In this document: piece by piece, positions 8,418 to 17,982 of the stretch
How the letters are laid out: each line of letters opens with the position of its first letter
Numbering within the stretch: the first letter of the stretch is position 1
Assembly (NCBI GenBank): GCA_963668315.1
Contig: OY764216.1
Location: 2,624,001-2,688,000 of the forward strand
Source of the DNA: Spirochaetia bacterium
Lineage (GTDB): Bacteria; Spirochaetota; Spirochaetia; DSM-2461
DNA: 64,000 nt
Direction: 5' to 3'
The notes under the pieces: generated by a model
Database searches by the model: none
Seen by the model: only the letters and a program-made list of their open reading frames with translations
What the model was told of the DNA's origin: nothing
Translations under genes and position numbers: made by a program

Positions 8418-11400
8418 TTAAAAGGTCAGGGTCAGTTCCACGCCCAGTTCCGAACCGGCTTTGGTCCGGGTTTCGTTCCAGTTGACTCCCAGTTTCATCC
8501 AGCCGGCCAGAGTTCCCAGGTCGTCGATATAGAGCACCGATCTGTGGACAGCCCCCGTTTCATGGGAGTAATCGTCCCCGGAGTTCTCAAACTCGTAACT
8601 CAGCGTTTCGCTGTTCTGCACATAGCTTTCCGTCGAAATAATATAGCGGGAGAAGGGTATCTTCCGATAGGGTTTCCGATCGGTTTTCCAGAGATAGGAG
8701 ACGGAGAGCTGTTCCTCCAGTTCCTGTTCCTCAAAACTGTAGGTCAGATCGTTTTCCGCCGTGAATGTCGCTCCTCCCTCTCCCTCAAATCGACTGTAGC
8801 AGTTCCATGAAAGGCTCTCCCATGCGGGGACGGCGCTGTTTTTCCCCGAAAGGGTCCAGGTATAGGTATTGGCGATCTCTTCGGTGGCGTAGAAGGGAAA
8901 TACCGGAGTGGTTCCGAAGCTTCCGAAGACATTCAGGGCGCGCTGCTGCAGGGTGAAATCCCAGCTTGTCTTGTAGTATCGGCTGTCCGTTTCTCCTTTG
9001 TAGAGCCGGCTGATCTCCGCCTCGGCCAGAGAGGGGAGGAACAGGTCGGAAATATGTGACCCGTAGGGCCTGTTCAATGCCAGGGAAAAAGCCGGATTGT
9101 AGGCATAGGTTCCCCTTTCGGGTAATTGATTCATCACATTTTCGCTGACAGCCAGTTCATAGAGAGGGACGAAATGGGACAGGGGAAGCAGGGGCATGAT
9201 ATTGTCCGACCAGGCGGCGTAATCGTCGGCGAATGTATTTGTCTTGGACTGTATGTCCGTCAGGCTTATGTCCCGGCTGTATTCGGGGGTCAGAGTCAGG
9301 GTGCGCTCAGTGCCCAGTTTGATGGGAACGGACAGGGATGAGGAAAGATCGCTTGTCTGTTTCCACGCGGTGCTTCTGACCAGATTCGTCCCATAGGAGA
9401 GGGCCAGCTTGGGCGAGCAGCGCTCTCCCTTCCAGGAATAACTCAGATCACCCGAGGCGGACCGGTTCTCCACGTCCGTTCCGTCGGGAATGAGGTAACC
9501 CCAGGAATTTCCCCACAGGGAGAAATAATCCAGTCTGCGGGGAGACGTTTCCTCCGACAGGGAATCCCAGGTATTCTTCAGGGATAGCTGCCATTGTTCC
9601 GAGGAGGCGGTGAGGCTGCCGCTCCAGTCCTGGGTCAGCTCTTCCTGGTCGAGGACCGCTTCGTGATCCCCCTTGATCTTCACCGAGGCCGGGAGGGTCA
9701 GGCCGGCCGACGCCGTATGGCTCAGAAGGGGAGTGTCGCTGTCATCCCCCCGGGCGAAATTCTCCTCCAGCACCAGGGGGGAATCGACTGTGGGAAATGT
9801 CAGTCCGTGACCGCCCCACAGGGTAAAATCTTCTCCGTCCCAGCTGCCGTCACCCTGAAGGCTCAGTCCCAGATACATGACCTCCGTACCCGTCTGCCCC
9901 TGAAAGGAGACGGAGCCTTCCCTGCCGGCAACGCCGCCGGTGCGTCCCGAGAGCGATCCCGATGTGGTCAGATCCAGAAAGGTCCCTCCCAGCCAGCGGA
10001 ATCCGGTAGCGCCGGTCAGGTAGGCGTCGCTGGCGTAGTTCAGGCTGACGGTGGTCTTCCCGTTCAGAGCCACCACCGGTTCCTCGAAGTAGATCTCATC
10101 GATCCACAAAGAGCCGGTCCCGTCGGGATCTCCCTCTCCTGTGAGGGCTATCCGGTTTAGGGTCGCCGTACCTCTGTCTATGGTCAGGGCCGAATCGGCG
10201 ACTCCCCCGTCAAAACGGGCGGTTTTTTCCGTTAGGTCTATGGTGACCATCTGCCAGGCCGTTTCGGAGCCGTCTGTGTCCCAGTCCAGATGGACGCCCT
10301 TGTCATCGGTGTCGGTCAGATTCAGGGAGTAGGAGCCGACGGAACCATCGTGCCTGATGAAAAAACGGACTTTCCCGAAGCGGGTGAGATCCTTGGCGTC
10401 AATCCAGCTGACGGCTTTCCATCTTTCCGTGGGGTCAAATCCGGTCCAGTCGATTCTTGTCACCCGCTGATCGGAGCCGTCCTTATGGAACTGCTCTATC
10501 TCATCGGAGTAGGCCGATTCCAGGGTTGAATCGGTGACTTCGGACATACCCGTTTCCGCGGTACTGCTGGTGATTTCGTTCTCCACGGAGAGGGCGAAGG
10601 TCTGTCCCACCAGCTCCAGTCCTCCGATGAGAACCTGATGGCTTCCCGTGCCCCAGGAATCGACCGTCAGATCGGGATCGGTGAGGGAACCGTCCGTATT
10701 GGAGAAGAGAAAGCGGAGGGACCGTGTTTTGGTCAGAGCCTGACGGTCGAGGCTGTCCAGGTTCCAGGTCACCTGTTCCCAGGAGCCGCTGTCGAACTCG
10801 GTGGAATCAATGACTTCCGTCGCCACCAGGGATTCGTCGTAATCCTCGATAAAACCGTCCTCGTCAAAATCGGTTTTCTCCCCCGTTTCCCCCAGCTTGA
10901 GAATAAGGTCCCCCGCCGTTCCCGAGAGGACTCTTACGTAAAATCTGATCTCCTGCAGGGTGGAGTAGTCCGCCGTTCCGTCGGAGGTCAGGTGCAGATC
11001 GGCACCGGTCCATTCCGACGAGGCCAGGGTGAACGAGGCGTCCAGGGCATAATCTTCAAAGGGGGCACCACCCGGGGATTCGTTCACCAGAGGACCGGCA
11101 GAACTGTTCATGACCACGTAGTCGGCCGAAGGAAAATCATTGTCCGTTTCGCTGTTTCCCGCTTTCGGTTCAGCCAGGGCTTCCTCGTATACGGGATAGG
11201 CCGAAAGGGCGTCTTCCATGCCCAGTATCCGTTCTATGCCGTCGGCGTCTCCCAGGTCGGCCTCTCCGGTAAGCTCCGCCTTAAGGGAAAGGTCGTCCCC
11301 CCTATGGTTCCATGTCACGCCCAGCTGGACGGTTCCCCCGTCTTCGGTGGAGCTGTCCGCTCCGTCGGGAAAAACATAGTTGAAGGATTCCGCCGTTTCC

Positions 11401-12965
11401 AGGGTATCCCTCTCCGAAAGGGTGAACCGGTTCCCCTGGTAGATGAGCATCTCCTGCCCTTCGAAATTCAGGGTTTCCCGGCGGTAAGAGAATTCGATGC
11501 GGTCATCGGGAAAGATATAGCGGTTGAAGCTCACCGTTCCCCGGTCGCTGTCCAGGGTGTAGTTGTATTCGGGACTGCCGTTGACCGTGACCGACAGAGA
11601 GCCGGGAACTACGCCCGTCCCCAGACGGTACCCGCTGCTTCCCGTTTTGCTCACCAGATGCAGCCGGTGGGAGACCAGCTCCGTTCGGTTGACCGGGGCG
11701 TTTCCGTAAACCTCGGGAAACACGTCGCCCAGGGGGTAGCGGTTAAGGGCATCCCTTGTGCCGGCCCCCGTCCTGTAGAGGGTGAGAATCTTATCATCCG
11801 AAGCGCTTTCCCAGGAAAAACCGGAAGGGTCATCGGTCTCCGATCCATAACGGTCGGCCAGATGAAGGGAATTTTTCAGGCTGTTGGACGAGAGGGTCAG
11901 ACCGTAGGAGTAGCGGCTGTACTGGGCGAAGGGGGAGAACCTTTCCGGCTCATAAATAAGCAGACAGGGGTAGCCGTTAATCGTCTCCTGCCGGGACTCG
12001 CCGTATGTCCCGCCCCGCGTGTCGTACGGGTCGTCGGCCGTCCAGCTGAAAGCTTCGGCTGTGGCGGCGACATCGGGGATTCCCGAGCCGTCGGACGTGG
12101 GGGGAATGACCGCGCCCGATCCCAGGGAAATATGCCCTACGGGAAGGCCGCCCGACGTATAGTAGACCGCCACGGGCCCGTCAAAATCCTCTTCCAGGGT
12201 AAGGATACCTTCCGTGCTGTCTATGAGGTAGTCCCCCTCTTCGGCCAGCCGGTAGGAATAGGAAGACGATCCCTGGTAGGAGCCGTCGTCGTCCCTGATA
12301 TAGACGCGCAGGTTGGCTATGTCGGTATCGGGGAGCAGAAAGCGGCGGTTGGGAAGATAGTCGTAGAGTTCCAGGTACTCTTCGTTCGCTTCATAGGTGC
12401 CGATATAGGTTTTGCTCTCCTCCCAGGTCCCGTCGAAGCGTATCATCAGTTCGTTCTGCATTTTGTCGCCGGCCCCTTTGAGGGTGATGCCCGGCGTATT
12501 GTAAAGGGGGCTGGACACATCAAGGCCGGCGTAGCTGTCGGTGGTAATGGAAGTGTTGCCCAGTTTCACCGATTGGAGGTACTCCTCCCCGGTCCCCTGG
12601 TAGCCAAGGAGATAGGTGTTTTTATCGTAATCCTCCACGACGCTTGTCTCGAAGAAATACCGGTCGTCTATCCAGAGGGAGAGGAGAAGATCGGGGGTCT
12701 GGAGAAAACGGAAGCCCGTGGTATAGTCGTCAAAGGAGGCGTTCCAGTCATATCCGCCGTCCTCTATTTTCACGGCCAGTCCCGATGAGAAATGGAAGCG
12801 CCAGTAGCCGTCCCAGTAGAAATCGACGTTCTGGTCGCCCATCTGATATGTCCAGAGATAGGGGGACGCTTCTTCCGTATCCCCTTCGTCCTCGGCCTGG
12901 AGAAGGGGGAGGGAGAGAAGGAAAAAAAGCAAGGGGGCAAAAAAAATGTGTGCTTTTATTTTCAC
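8418..12965 (-). CDS. Large (1515 aa) exported protein; probable outer-membrane beta-barrel with SprA-like motifs
   Basis: Signal peptide, alternating aromatic beta-strands and C-terminal ...VELTLTF; motifs GSLSVTVNG...YTLDSDRGTVSF and EGDYLIDSTEGILTL. Confidence 0.7.
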   Translation of the reverse strand: MKIKAHIFFAPLLFFLLSLPLLQAEDEGDTEEASPYLWTYQMGDQNVDFYWDGYWRFHFSSGLAVKIEDGGYDWNASFDDYTTGFRFLQTPDLLLSLWIDDRYFFETSVVEDYDKNTYLLGYQGTGEEYLQSVKLGNTSITTDSYAGLDVSSPLYNTPGITLKGAGDKMQNELMIRFDGTWEESKTYIGTYEANEEYLELYDYLPNRRFLLPDTDIANLRVYIRDDDGSYQGSSSYSYRLAEEGDYLIDSTEGILTLEEDFDGPVAVYYTSGGLPVGHISLGSGAVIPPTSDGSGIPDVAATAEAFSWTADDPYDTRGGTYGESRQETINGYPCLLIYEPERFSPFAQYSRYSYGLTLSSNSLKNSLHLADRYGSETDDPSGFSWESASDDKILTLYRTGAGTRDALNRYPLGDVFPEVYGNAPVNRTELVSHRLHLVSKTGSSGYRLGTGVVPGSLSVTVNGSPEYNYTLDSDRGTVSFNRYIFPDDRIEFSYRRETLNFEGQEMLIYQGNRFTLSERDTLETAESFNYVFPDGADSSTEDGGTVQLGVTWNHRGDDLSLKAELTGEADLGDADGIERILGMEDALSAYPVYEEALAEPKAGNSETDNDFPSADYVVMNSSAGPLVNESPGGAPFEDYALDASFTLASSEWTGADLHLTSDGTADYSTLQEIRFYVRVLSGTAGDLILKLGETGEKTDFDEDGFIEDYDESLVATEVIDSTEFDSGSWEQVTWNLDSLDRQALTKTRSLRFLFSNTDGSLTDPDLTVDSWGTGSHQVLIGGLELVGQTFALSVENEITSSTAETGMSEVTDSTLESAYSDEIEQFHKDGSDQRVTRIDWTGFDPTERWKAVSWIDAKDLTRFGKVRFFIRHDGSVGSYSLNLTDTDDKGVHLDWDTDGSETAWQMVTIDLTEKTARFDGGVADSALTIDRGTATLNRIALTGEGDPDGTGSLWIDEIYFEEPVVALNGKTTVSLNYASDAYLTGATGFRWLGGTFLDLTTSGSLSGRTGGVAGREGSVSFQGQTGTEVMYLGLSLQGDGSWDGEDFTLWGGHGLTFPTVDSPLVLEENFARGDDSDTPLLSHTASAGLTLPASVKIKGDHEAVLDQEELTQDWSGSLTASSEQWQLSLKNTWDSLSEETSPRRLDYFSLWGNSWGYLIPDGTDVENRSASGDLSYSWKGERCSPKLALSYGTNLVRSTAWKQTSDLSSSLSVPIKLGTERTLTLTPEYSRDISLTDIQSKTNTFADDYAAWSDNIMPLLPLSHFVPLYELAVSENVMNQLPERGTYAYNPAFSLALNRPYGSHISDLFLPSLAEAEISRLYKGETDSRYYKTSWDFTLQQRALNVFGSFGTTPVFPFYATEEIANTYTWTLSGKNSAVPAWESLSWNCYSRFEGEGGATFTAENDLTYSFEEQELEEQLSVSYLWKTDRKPYRKIPFSRYIISTESYVQNSETLSYEFENSGDDYSHETGAVHRSVLYIDDLGTLAGWMKLGVNWNETRTKAGSELGVELTLTF

Positions 12966-13019
12966 TATGTATTATTATTTACATGAACCGGGATGAAAAA
13001 TCAAGGTGAAATGGATTGA

Positions 13020-13955
13020 GTGATGAATGAGATTGATGAGTTGACCAAAGAAAAGGCGAAACAGTTTATAACCAGGCTCATGTCCAATCCGGCGCTCCAG
13101 GGAATGGCGCCCCTGAAAAAGGAACAGCAGATCCGGTATTTTCTCAAAGTGAATGAGAGTCAGCTTCTTCCCACATTGTCATCCCCCGCTTTTTTCCCGG
13201 GCAAAACTCCCGGCGAAATATATAATATCCTTGAATCGGCCCTGAGAGGCATGACGGGGGAACTGCTGAATCCCCGGATCAGGCAGTTTTTCTCTTCCGG
13301 CCTGAGGCCTGCCGCTCTGGTCAGTGCCGTGGGCGACCCGGGCCTTGATGTGACCCGGCTCAGAGAGACCCTGTGGAAGCTCTTTACCCTCATCCTTGAT
13401 TCAAAGGAGGGACGGGAAGCCCTGGTCCCCGCTCTTACCCTTATCGATTCACCCATTTTCGACCGCTACGTGCCCCAGATCATACAGAGACAGAAATATA
13501 TCTCCTTTGAAATCCGCATGGTGCAGAGATTCAAGGAAGTACAGGAAAATATTATCGACTATCTGAAGCTCATTGTTCTTCTCAAGCCGATTGTGTATAC
13601 CTTCCTTACGAACACGGGAGAGCTGGTGAACGGCTGTATTTCCGTACCCTACTGCAATGTCATCGCCCATCAGCTGAGCCGCAAGTATCCCTCCCTGCCG
13701 GAGCCGATTCTCAAGGGGATCATTCAGGCCAACGTGTCGTTTCAGGATGAGAGAAATCTTCCGGCCACAAGCCGGCTGGCGGGAATCTTTACCCAGAGAG
13801 CCCTGCACTGGAATCCGGCTCAGAAAATCGACAGGGGTGCCGAGACATCCGATAAGAGCTGGTTCAGCATAACAAGGAAAAATTACCGCTATTACGGATA
13901 CGATCTGGACATGCTTTTGGAGTTGTATAATATAGCATCGGAACTGGGGTGGTAG
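13020..13955 (+). CDS. Hypothetical cytoplasmic protein
   Basis: 311-aa ORF with genome-typical codon usage; only 1 nt separates it from the next gene. Confidence 0.8.
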   Translation: MMNEIDELTKEKAKQFITRLMSNPALQGMAPLKKEQQIRYFLKVNESQLLPTLSSPAFFPGKTPGEIYNILESALRGMTGELLNPRIRQFFSSGLRPAALVSAVGDPGLDVTRLRETLWKLFTLILDSKEGREALVPALTLIDSPIFDRYVPQIIQRQKYISFEIRMVQRFKEVQENIIDYLKLIVLLKPIVYTFLTNTGELVNGCISVPYCNVIAHQLSRKYPSLPEPILKGIIQANVSFQDERNLPATSRLAGIFTQRALHWNPAQKIDRGAETSDKSWFSITRKNYRYYGYDLDMLLELYNIASELGW

Positions 13956-13956
13956 A

Positions 13957-15081
13957 ATGAAGAACCGATTCAATACGTTTTTGGAAAATCTGGTGATGGC
14001 CGTTATCTTTCTTGTCCTCGTCCAGACTTTTCTGGCCGATCTGGCCGTGGTCGCCGACTGGGAGTGGTCCTTCCGCCGGATAATGATCTGGTCCGCCTTC
14101 GGCTTCGATCTGTTCTTTACCATGGAATTTCTCATCCGATTCTTCGGGGCCCTGTATAACGGCAGGGGCGAAGTGAAAAGGTATTTTCTCTACCGCCAGG
14201 GATGGGTCGACCTGATCGTCTCCATCCCCCTCCTGCTTTTCAGCTCCACCCCGGAGCTCTTCGCCCTTCTGACCGGTTCGGTCATCGCCGGATTCGGCGG
14301 TTCTCTGAATATTCTCAAGGTGGTCAAGTCGATCCGCATCGCCCGTCTTCTCAGGCTTCTCAGGGTTCTGAAGATCTTCAAGCACATCAAATATGCCGAT
14401 TCCGTCATGGCCCAGAGGCACACGTCGCGGATCGTCACCACCGTGGTCACTTCGGTCATCCTGGCGCTCACGGTTATGTCCTTTACGGCCTCCTTTTTCT
14501 ATTTCGACGATCTGACAAGCCGCTACGAACAGGACCAGAGGGAGAGTATGCTCTATCTGCTGTCCAGCGGGATGCTGGAGGACGGGGGAGACCGGCTGGC
14601 GGACTACTGCACGGATCAGACAGATTTTCTCATTATCAAAAAGGGCCGTGCCGATCTTTACAGCCGTTATTCCCAGGACGAATACACCCGTTCCTACGGC
14701 TTCAGCGACTACGCCTATCTCTCCTCCGGGGAGTACGGCTTCTACTATGATCTCAAGCCGATCAATGTCTCCGACGCCTGGAACAGCCTGGTCGTCTTCG
14801 GGGAAATTATCTTCGTGATTCTGGTCATCATGATCACCTACAGCACCCATTTCGCCATTAATGTGACCGATCCGATCAATATCATGTATAAAGGGCTGAA
14901 CGAAGAGGAGTACAACCTGGAGGTGGCCATTCCCGAGAATTACAGGAGTGACGATATCTTTCGCCTGTCCGAAAGCTATAATAACGAGTTCCTTCCGCTG
15001 AAGGCCCGGACGGTCAGGAGGGAAGGGGAGGAGAAACCCGCCCTAGATCTGAACGATCTGACGGACCTTTTCAAGATCTGA
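13957..15081 (+). CDS. Ion-transport (voltage-sensor) domain membrane protein with a C-terminal HAMP-like segment
   Basis: S2 FDLFFTMEFLIRF, S3 GWVDLIVSIP, S4 KSIRIARLLRLLRVLKIFK; two further TM helices flank a soluble loop. Confidence 0.8.
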   Translation: MKNRFNTFLENLVMAVIFLVLVQTFLADLAVVADWEWSFRRIMIWSAFGFDLFFTMEFLIRFFGALYNGRGEVKRYFLYRQGWVDLIVSIPLLLFSSTPELFALLTGSVIAGFGGSLNILKVVKSIRIARLLRLLRVLKIFKHIKYADSVMAQRHTSRIVTTVVTSVILALTVMSFTASFFYFDDLTSRYEQDQRESMLYLLSSGMLEDGGDRLADYCTDQTDFLIIKKGRADLYSRYSQDEYTRSYGFSDYAYLSSGEYGFYYDLKPINVSDAWNSLVVFGEIIFVILVIMITYSTHFAINVTDPINIMYKGLNEEEYNLEVAIPENYRSDDIFRLSESYNNEFLPLKARTVRREGEEKPALDLNDLTDLFKI

Positions 15082-16311
15082 CACTTTTTCCCGGGGAAGA
15101 AAAATCCTCACTTTTCTCAGAACTCCCGTCAGATTCCTGACGGAGGGACCGCTGAAGAGAGATTCCGTTTCGGTAAAGGGAACGAACCGTCCCTCGGTGA
15201 GCAGGGGCAGATTCACTTCAAAGGAGATTTTCTCCGGCACATCGGCTATTACTTCTTCGGCGCTTATATCCATGCCGGCCCCGCGCAGGTCTGAGGCCAG
15301 AGACGCTTCAAATTCCACGCGGGACGGGAGTTTTTCGAGGCTCCGGTGAACGGGGTTGTCTTCGGAAAAGTCCTTCTCAAGGACCGCCTGGTAGGAGAGG
15401 GGATTTTCCGAGCGGATGATCAGGTTTTCCAGTTCCGGGAAGAGATCGCGCACCTTCAGACGGAAATCGTCATCGGTCAGCCCGTAAAGATCGGAACCCC
15501 GCAGCTCGCCCCTTTCCAGGGCCAGATAGAGGGCTTTCTTCACCAGGGCCGTGGAGATTCGCACGTCCCGGTGCCAGTAAACCGCCTTGTACATGAGATA
15601 TTTGGAAAAAAGTACATTCTCCACGGCCAGGGAACCCTTGGCGGACAGGGCTATGCCTCCGGGGGTGGGAATGATCTGGGACAGAACGAAATCGGTGTCC
15701 TGAACGCCGTAGGGAACGCCGCAGAAAAAGGCGTCCCTGTTCAGATAATCGAGCTTATCCGGATCCAGAACCCCCGAAAGAAGACTGCGGTAGAAAGCCA
15801 GCTCGGAACCGAAGCCGCTCAGAGCCATCTCCTGGTCGACTATCGCCGCGGTCAGTTCGGCAGAATTCCCCTCGTCCCCGGCGATGATCCTTCCGATAAC
15901 CCCTTCCCGTATTATCCGGCCGGAGAGCTGCTCATGATCCGTCAGGGGAAGTTCCTTGAGGGAGTGGGTATAGGGGAAATGGCCCAGGTCATGGAGTAGG
16001 GAGGCGTTCAGAAAAGCCTTCACCCCCGTCAGGGTCAGGTCCGGGCAGGCTTCGTGGGACACAATGCGGTGAATCAGCTTTCTGGCAATGTGGTAAACCC
16101 CCAGGCTGTGGTTGTAACGGGTGTGGGTGGCTCCGGGATAGACATAGACCGAGGGACCGAGCTGACGGATCCGTCCCAGTTTGCTGAAGTCCTCCGTTTG
16201 AATCAGCCGGCGCATGAAAGGGCTCAGGTAGATGTGCCCCCACAGGGGATCCCGTACGGGGTCGGTGAATTCATTGTTCAGATAGTTCAGTATGGATGTT
16301 CTTTCTTTCAT
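15043..16311 (-). CDS. HD-domain phosphohydrolase (dNTP triphosphohydrolase-like)
   Basis: Motifs RIRQLG, HTRYNHSLGV, LLHDLGHFPYTH and DPDKLDYLNRD. Start set at MKERT. Confidence 0.92.
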   Translation of the reverse strand: MKERTSILNYLNNEFTDPVRDPLWGHIYLSPFMRRLIQTEDFSKLGRIRQLGPSVYVYPGATHTRYNHSLGVYHIARKLIHRIVSHEACPDLTLTGVKAFLNASLLHDLGHFPYTHSLKELPLTDHEQLSGRIIREGVIGRIIAGDEGNSAELTAAIVDQEMALSGFGSELAFYRSLLSGVLDPDKLDYLNRDAFFCGVPYGVQDTDFVLSQIIPTPGGIALSAKGSLAVENVLFSKYLMYKAVYWHRDVRISTALVKKALYLALERGELRGSDLYGLTDDDFRLKVRDLFPELENLIIRSENPLSYQAVLEKDFSEDNPVHRSLEKLPSRVEFEASLASDLRGAGMDISAEEVIADVPEKISFEVNLPLLTEGRFVPFTETESLFSGPSVRNLTGVLRKVRIFLPREKVSDLEKVRQIVQI

Positions 16312-16420
16312 CGGGATAGTTCCTTTTCCGGAGCGGCCGGGGAAGGCCGGGGCCTGCCTGCTTTCCCCTCTTTTTCTCATAGAACGGAAAACCTTTCAAC
16401 CCCGGACCGGGCTTTCCCTT

Positions 16421-17947
16421 CTAATCGTACCTCACACCCCAAAGGGTTTCATTGCCGTCGGAGATAAGGGAGAAGGCCGTCACATCGTTTCCCGCCTCAT
16501 CCTTCTGTTTCAGAAGAACTCCGGTGAATAGTTCGCCGTCCAGGGTGACCGTGAAGGTTGCCGATTCTTTCTCATACTGCCAGCGGCCCAGGTTTTTTCC
16601 CTTCCGGTCCTCAATTCCCCCGCCCGCTTTGAAGAGCGTTTCCTCAGCCCCGTGGATAGCCGGGCCGATATCCGTCCCGTGATTTACCACGAAATAAAGG
16701 CCCCCCGCGCTCCGGGGGGAAAGGCCCACCGCAAGTTTCTCGGTACCCGTAAAGGAGAAGGGGGCTGCCGTGAGCCATCCGTCGGGAGTTCTGAAAAGAC
16801 GGCGGACCCGGGGTTCATGGTATTCCGAATTGTCGTCAAAACGGGTGTGGTGTACCAGATATATCTTATCTCCGTCTATCAGGGCGGAGTTGTGGCCGGG
16901 AGCCATATAGGGCATGAGCAGGCTGGGAAACATATAGTTGCCCATCATTTTTAATCCGTAGGGATAGTGAGAGGGCCTGGCCGGGTCGAGTTCCTCCCCC
17001 CGTCTGTCCACATAGGGGCCTTCCGGCGTTTCCGACCGGTAGAGCCTGATCTGGTATCCGCCGATACTCACCAGTGCCCCATAGGAGACAAAGAGATAGT
17101 AGTAGCCCGATTGCTCGTCATAGATGATATAGGGACCTTCCACCGAATTATGCCATCCTCCCGCCAGATGTCTTCCGAAGTAGGCATCGGTCCGGGTTAC
17201 CCCATTGTTTTCCCGATGGAGGGGATAGCCTGTCTCCTGGTCTATTTCCAGAAGAAAAATTCCCCCCGACCAGGAACCGTAGGTCATCCAGAGTCTCGCC
17301 TCCTCGTCATAAAAAAGGGCCGGGTCGATGGCGTTGGGCCAGCGGGTGTTCAGGTAGCCGCCGGAGGGGAAGTATCTTTCTGCCTGTCCCTTTCCGACGA
17401 TCTCTTCCACGTCGGTCTCCCCCAGAGTTCTTCCGGTGAAGCCGGAAGAGAGAATCCTGTCCACATAATGATAGGGTCCTTCCGCCGAATCGGAGAGGGC
17501 TAAGCAGATGTTCGACTTGATATAAGTGGAGGTGGTGCAGAAATACATCATATACTTGCCCGTTTTTCTGTTGTAGATCACATCGGGCGCCCAGACGGAA
17601 TACCCTCCCTGCTCGTTACGGCCGACGTAGTCAAAGGCCCTCAAGTCGGTAAACAGATTATCAAAAAGCGGGTTGCCTTTGGTGACGCCCGAGGCGATTC
17701 TTTTCCATTTTATCAGGTCCTCCGAAACGGCCGCTTCCATGTGGGAACCGAAAATGAAGTATTTCCCCTCCGCCTTGATTATAGAAGGGTCGTGGACGGA
17801 AACTCCCGCCATGTAGGAGGATCTTCTTATCTCCTCCCTCCCGGCGGGCCTGAATCCCCGGCAGGAGACAAGAAGCATTATTGTCATGAGCAGGACCATC
17901 GTCCCTGCCCGAAGGGGGATTTCGTTTCTCTGTTTCATAAAATCCAT
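16421..17947 (-). CDS. GH43 endo-1,5-alpha-L-arabinanase-like lipoprotein
   Basis: Motifs SVHDPS, WAPDV, NAIDP, YGSWSGG, EGPYI and PGHNS; lipobox LLVSC. Confidence 0.88.
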   Translation of the reverse strand: MDFMKQRNEIPLRAGTMVLLMTIMLLVSCRGFRPAGREEIRRSSYMAGVSVHDPSIIKAEGKYFIFGSHMEAAVSEDLIKWKRIASGVTKGNPLFDNLFTDLRAFDYVGRNEQGGYSVWAPDVIYNRKTGKYMMYFCTTSTYIKSNICLALSDSAEGPYHYVDRILSSGFTGRTLGETDVEEIVGKGQAERYFPSGGYLNTRWPNAIDPALFYDEEARLWMTYGSWSGGIFLLEIDQETGYPLHRENNGVTRTDAYFGRHLAGGWHNSVEGPYIIYDEQSGYYYLFVSYGALVSIGGYQIRLYRSETPEGPYVDRRGEELDPARPSHYPYGLKMMGNYMFPSLLMPYMAPGHNSALIDGDKIYLVHHTRFDDNSEYHEPRVRRLFRTPDGWLTAAPFSFTGTEKLAVGLSPRSAGGLYFVVNHGTDIGPAIHGAEETLFKAGGGIEDRKGKNLGRWQYEKESATFTVTLDGELFTGVLLKQKDEAGNDVTAFSLISDGNETLWGVRYD

Positions 17948-17982
17948 CCTGAGGGGCCTCTCGCCCGGCCCCGGTCGGGGAA

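Noticed and set aside
15043..16311. HD dNTPase as an anti-phage defence gene
   Set aside because: Looks like the widespread housekeeping family, has genome-typical composition, and has no defence-gene neighbours.
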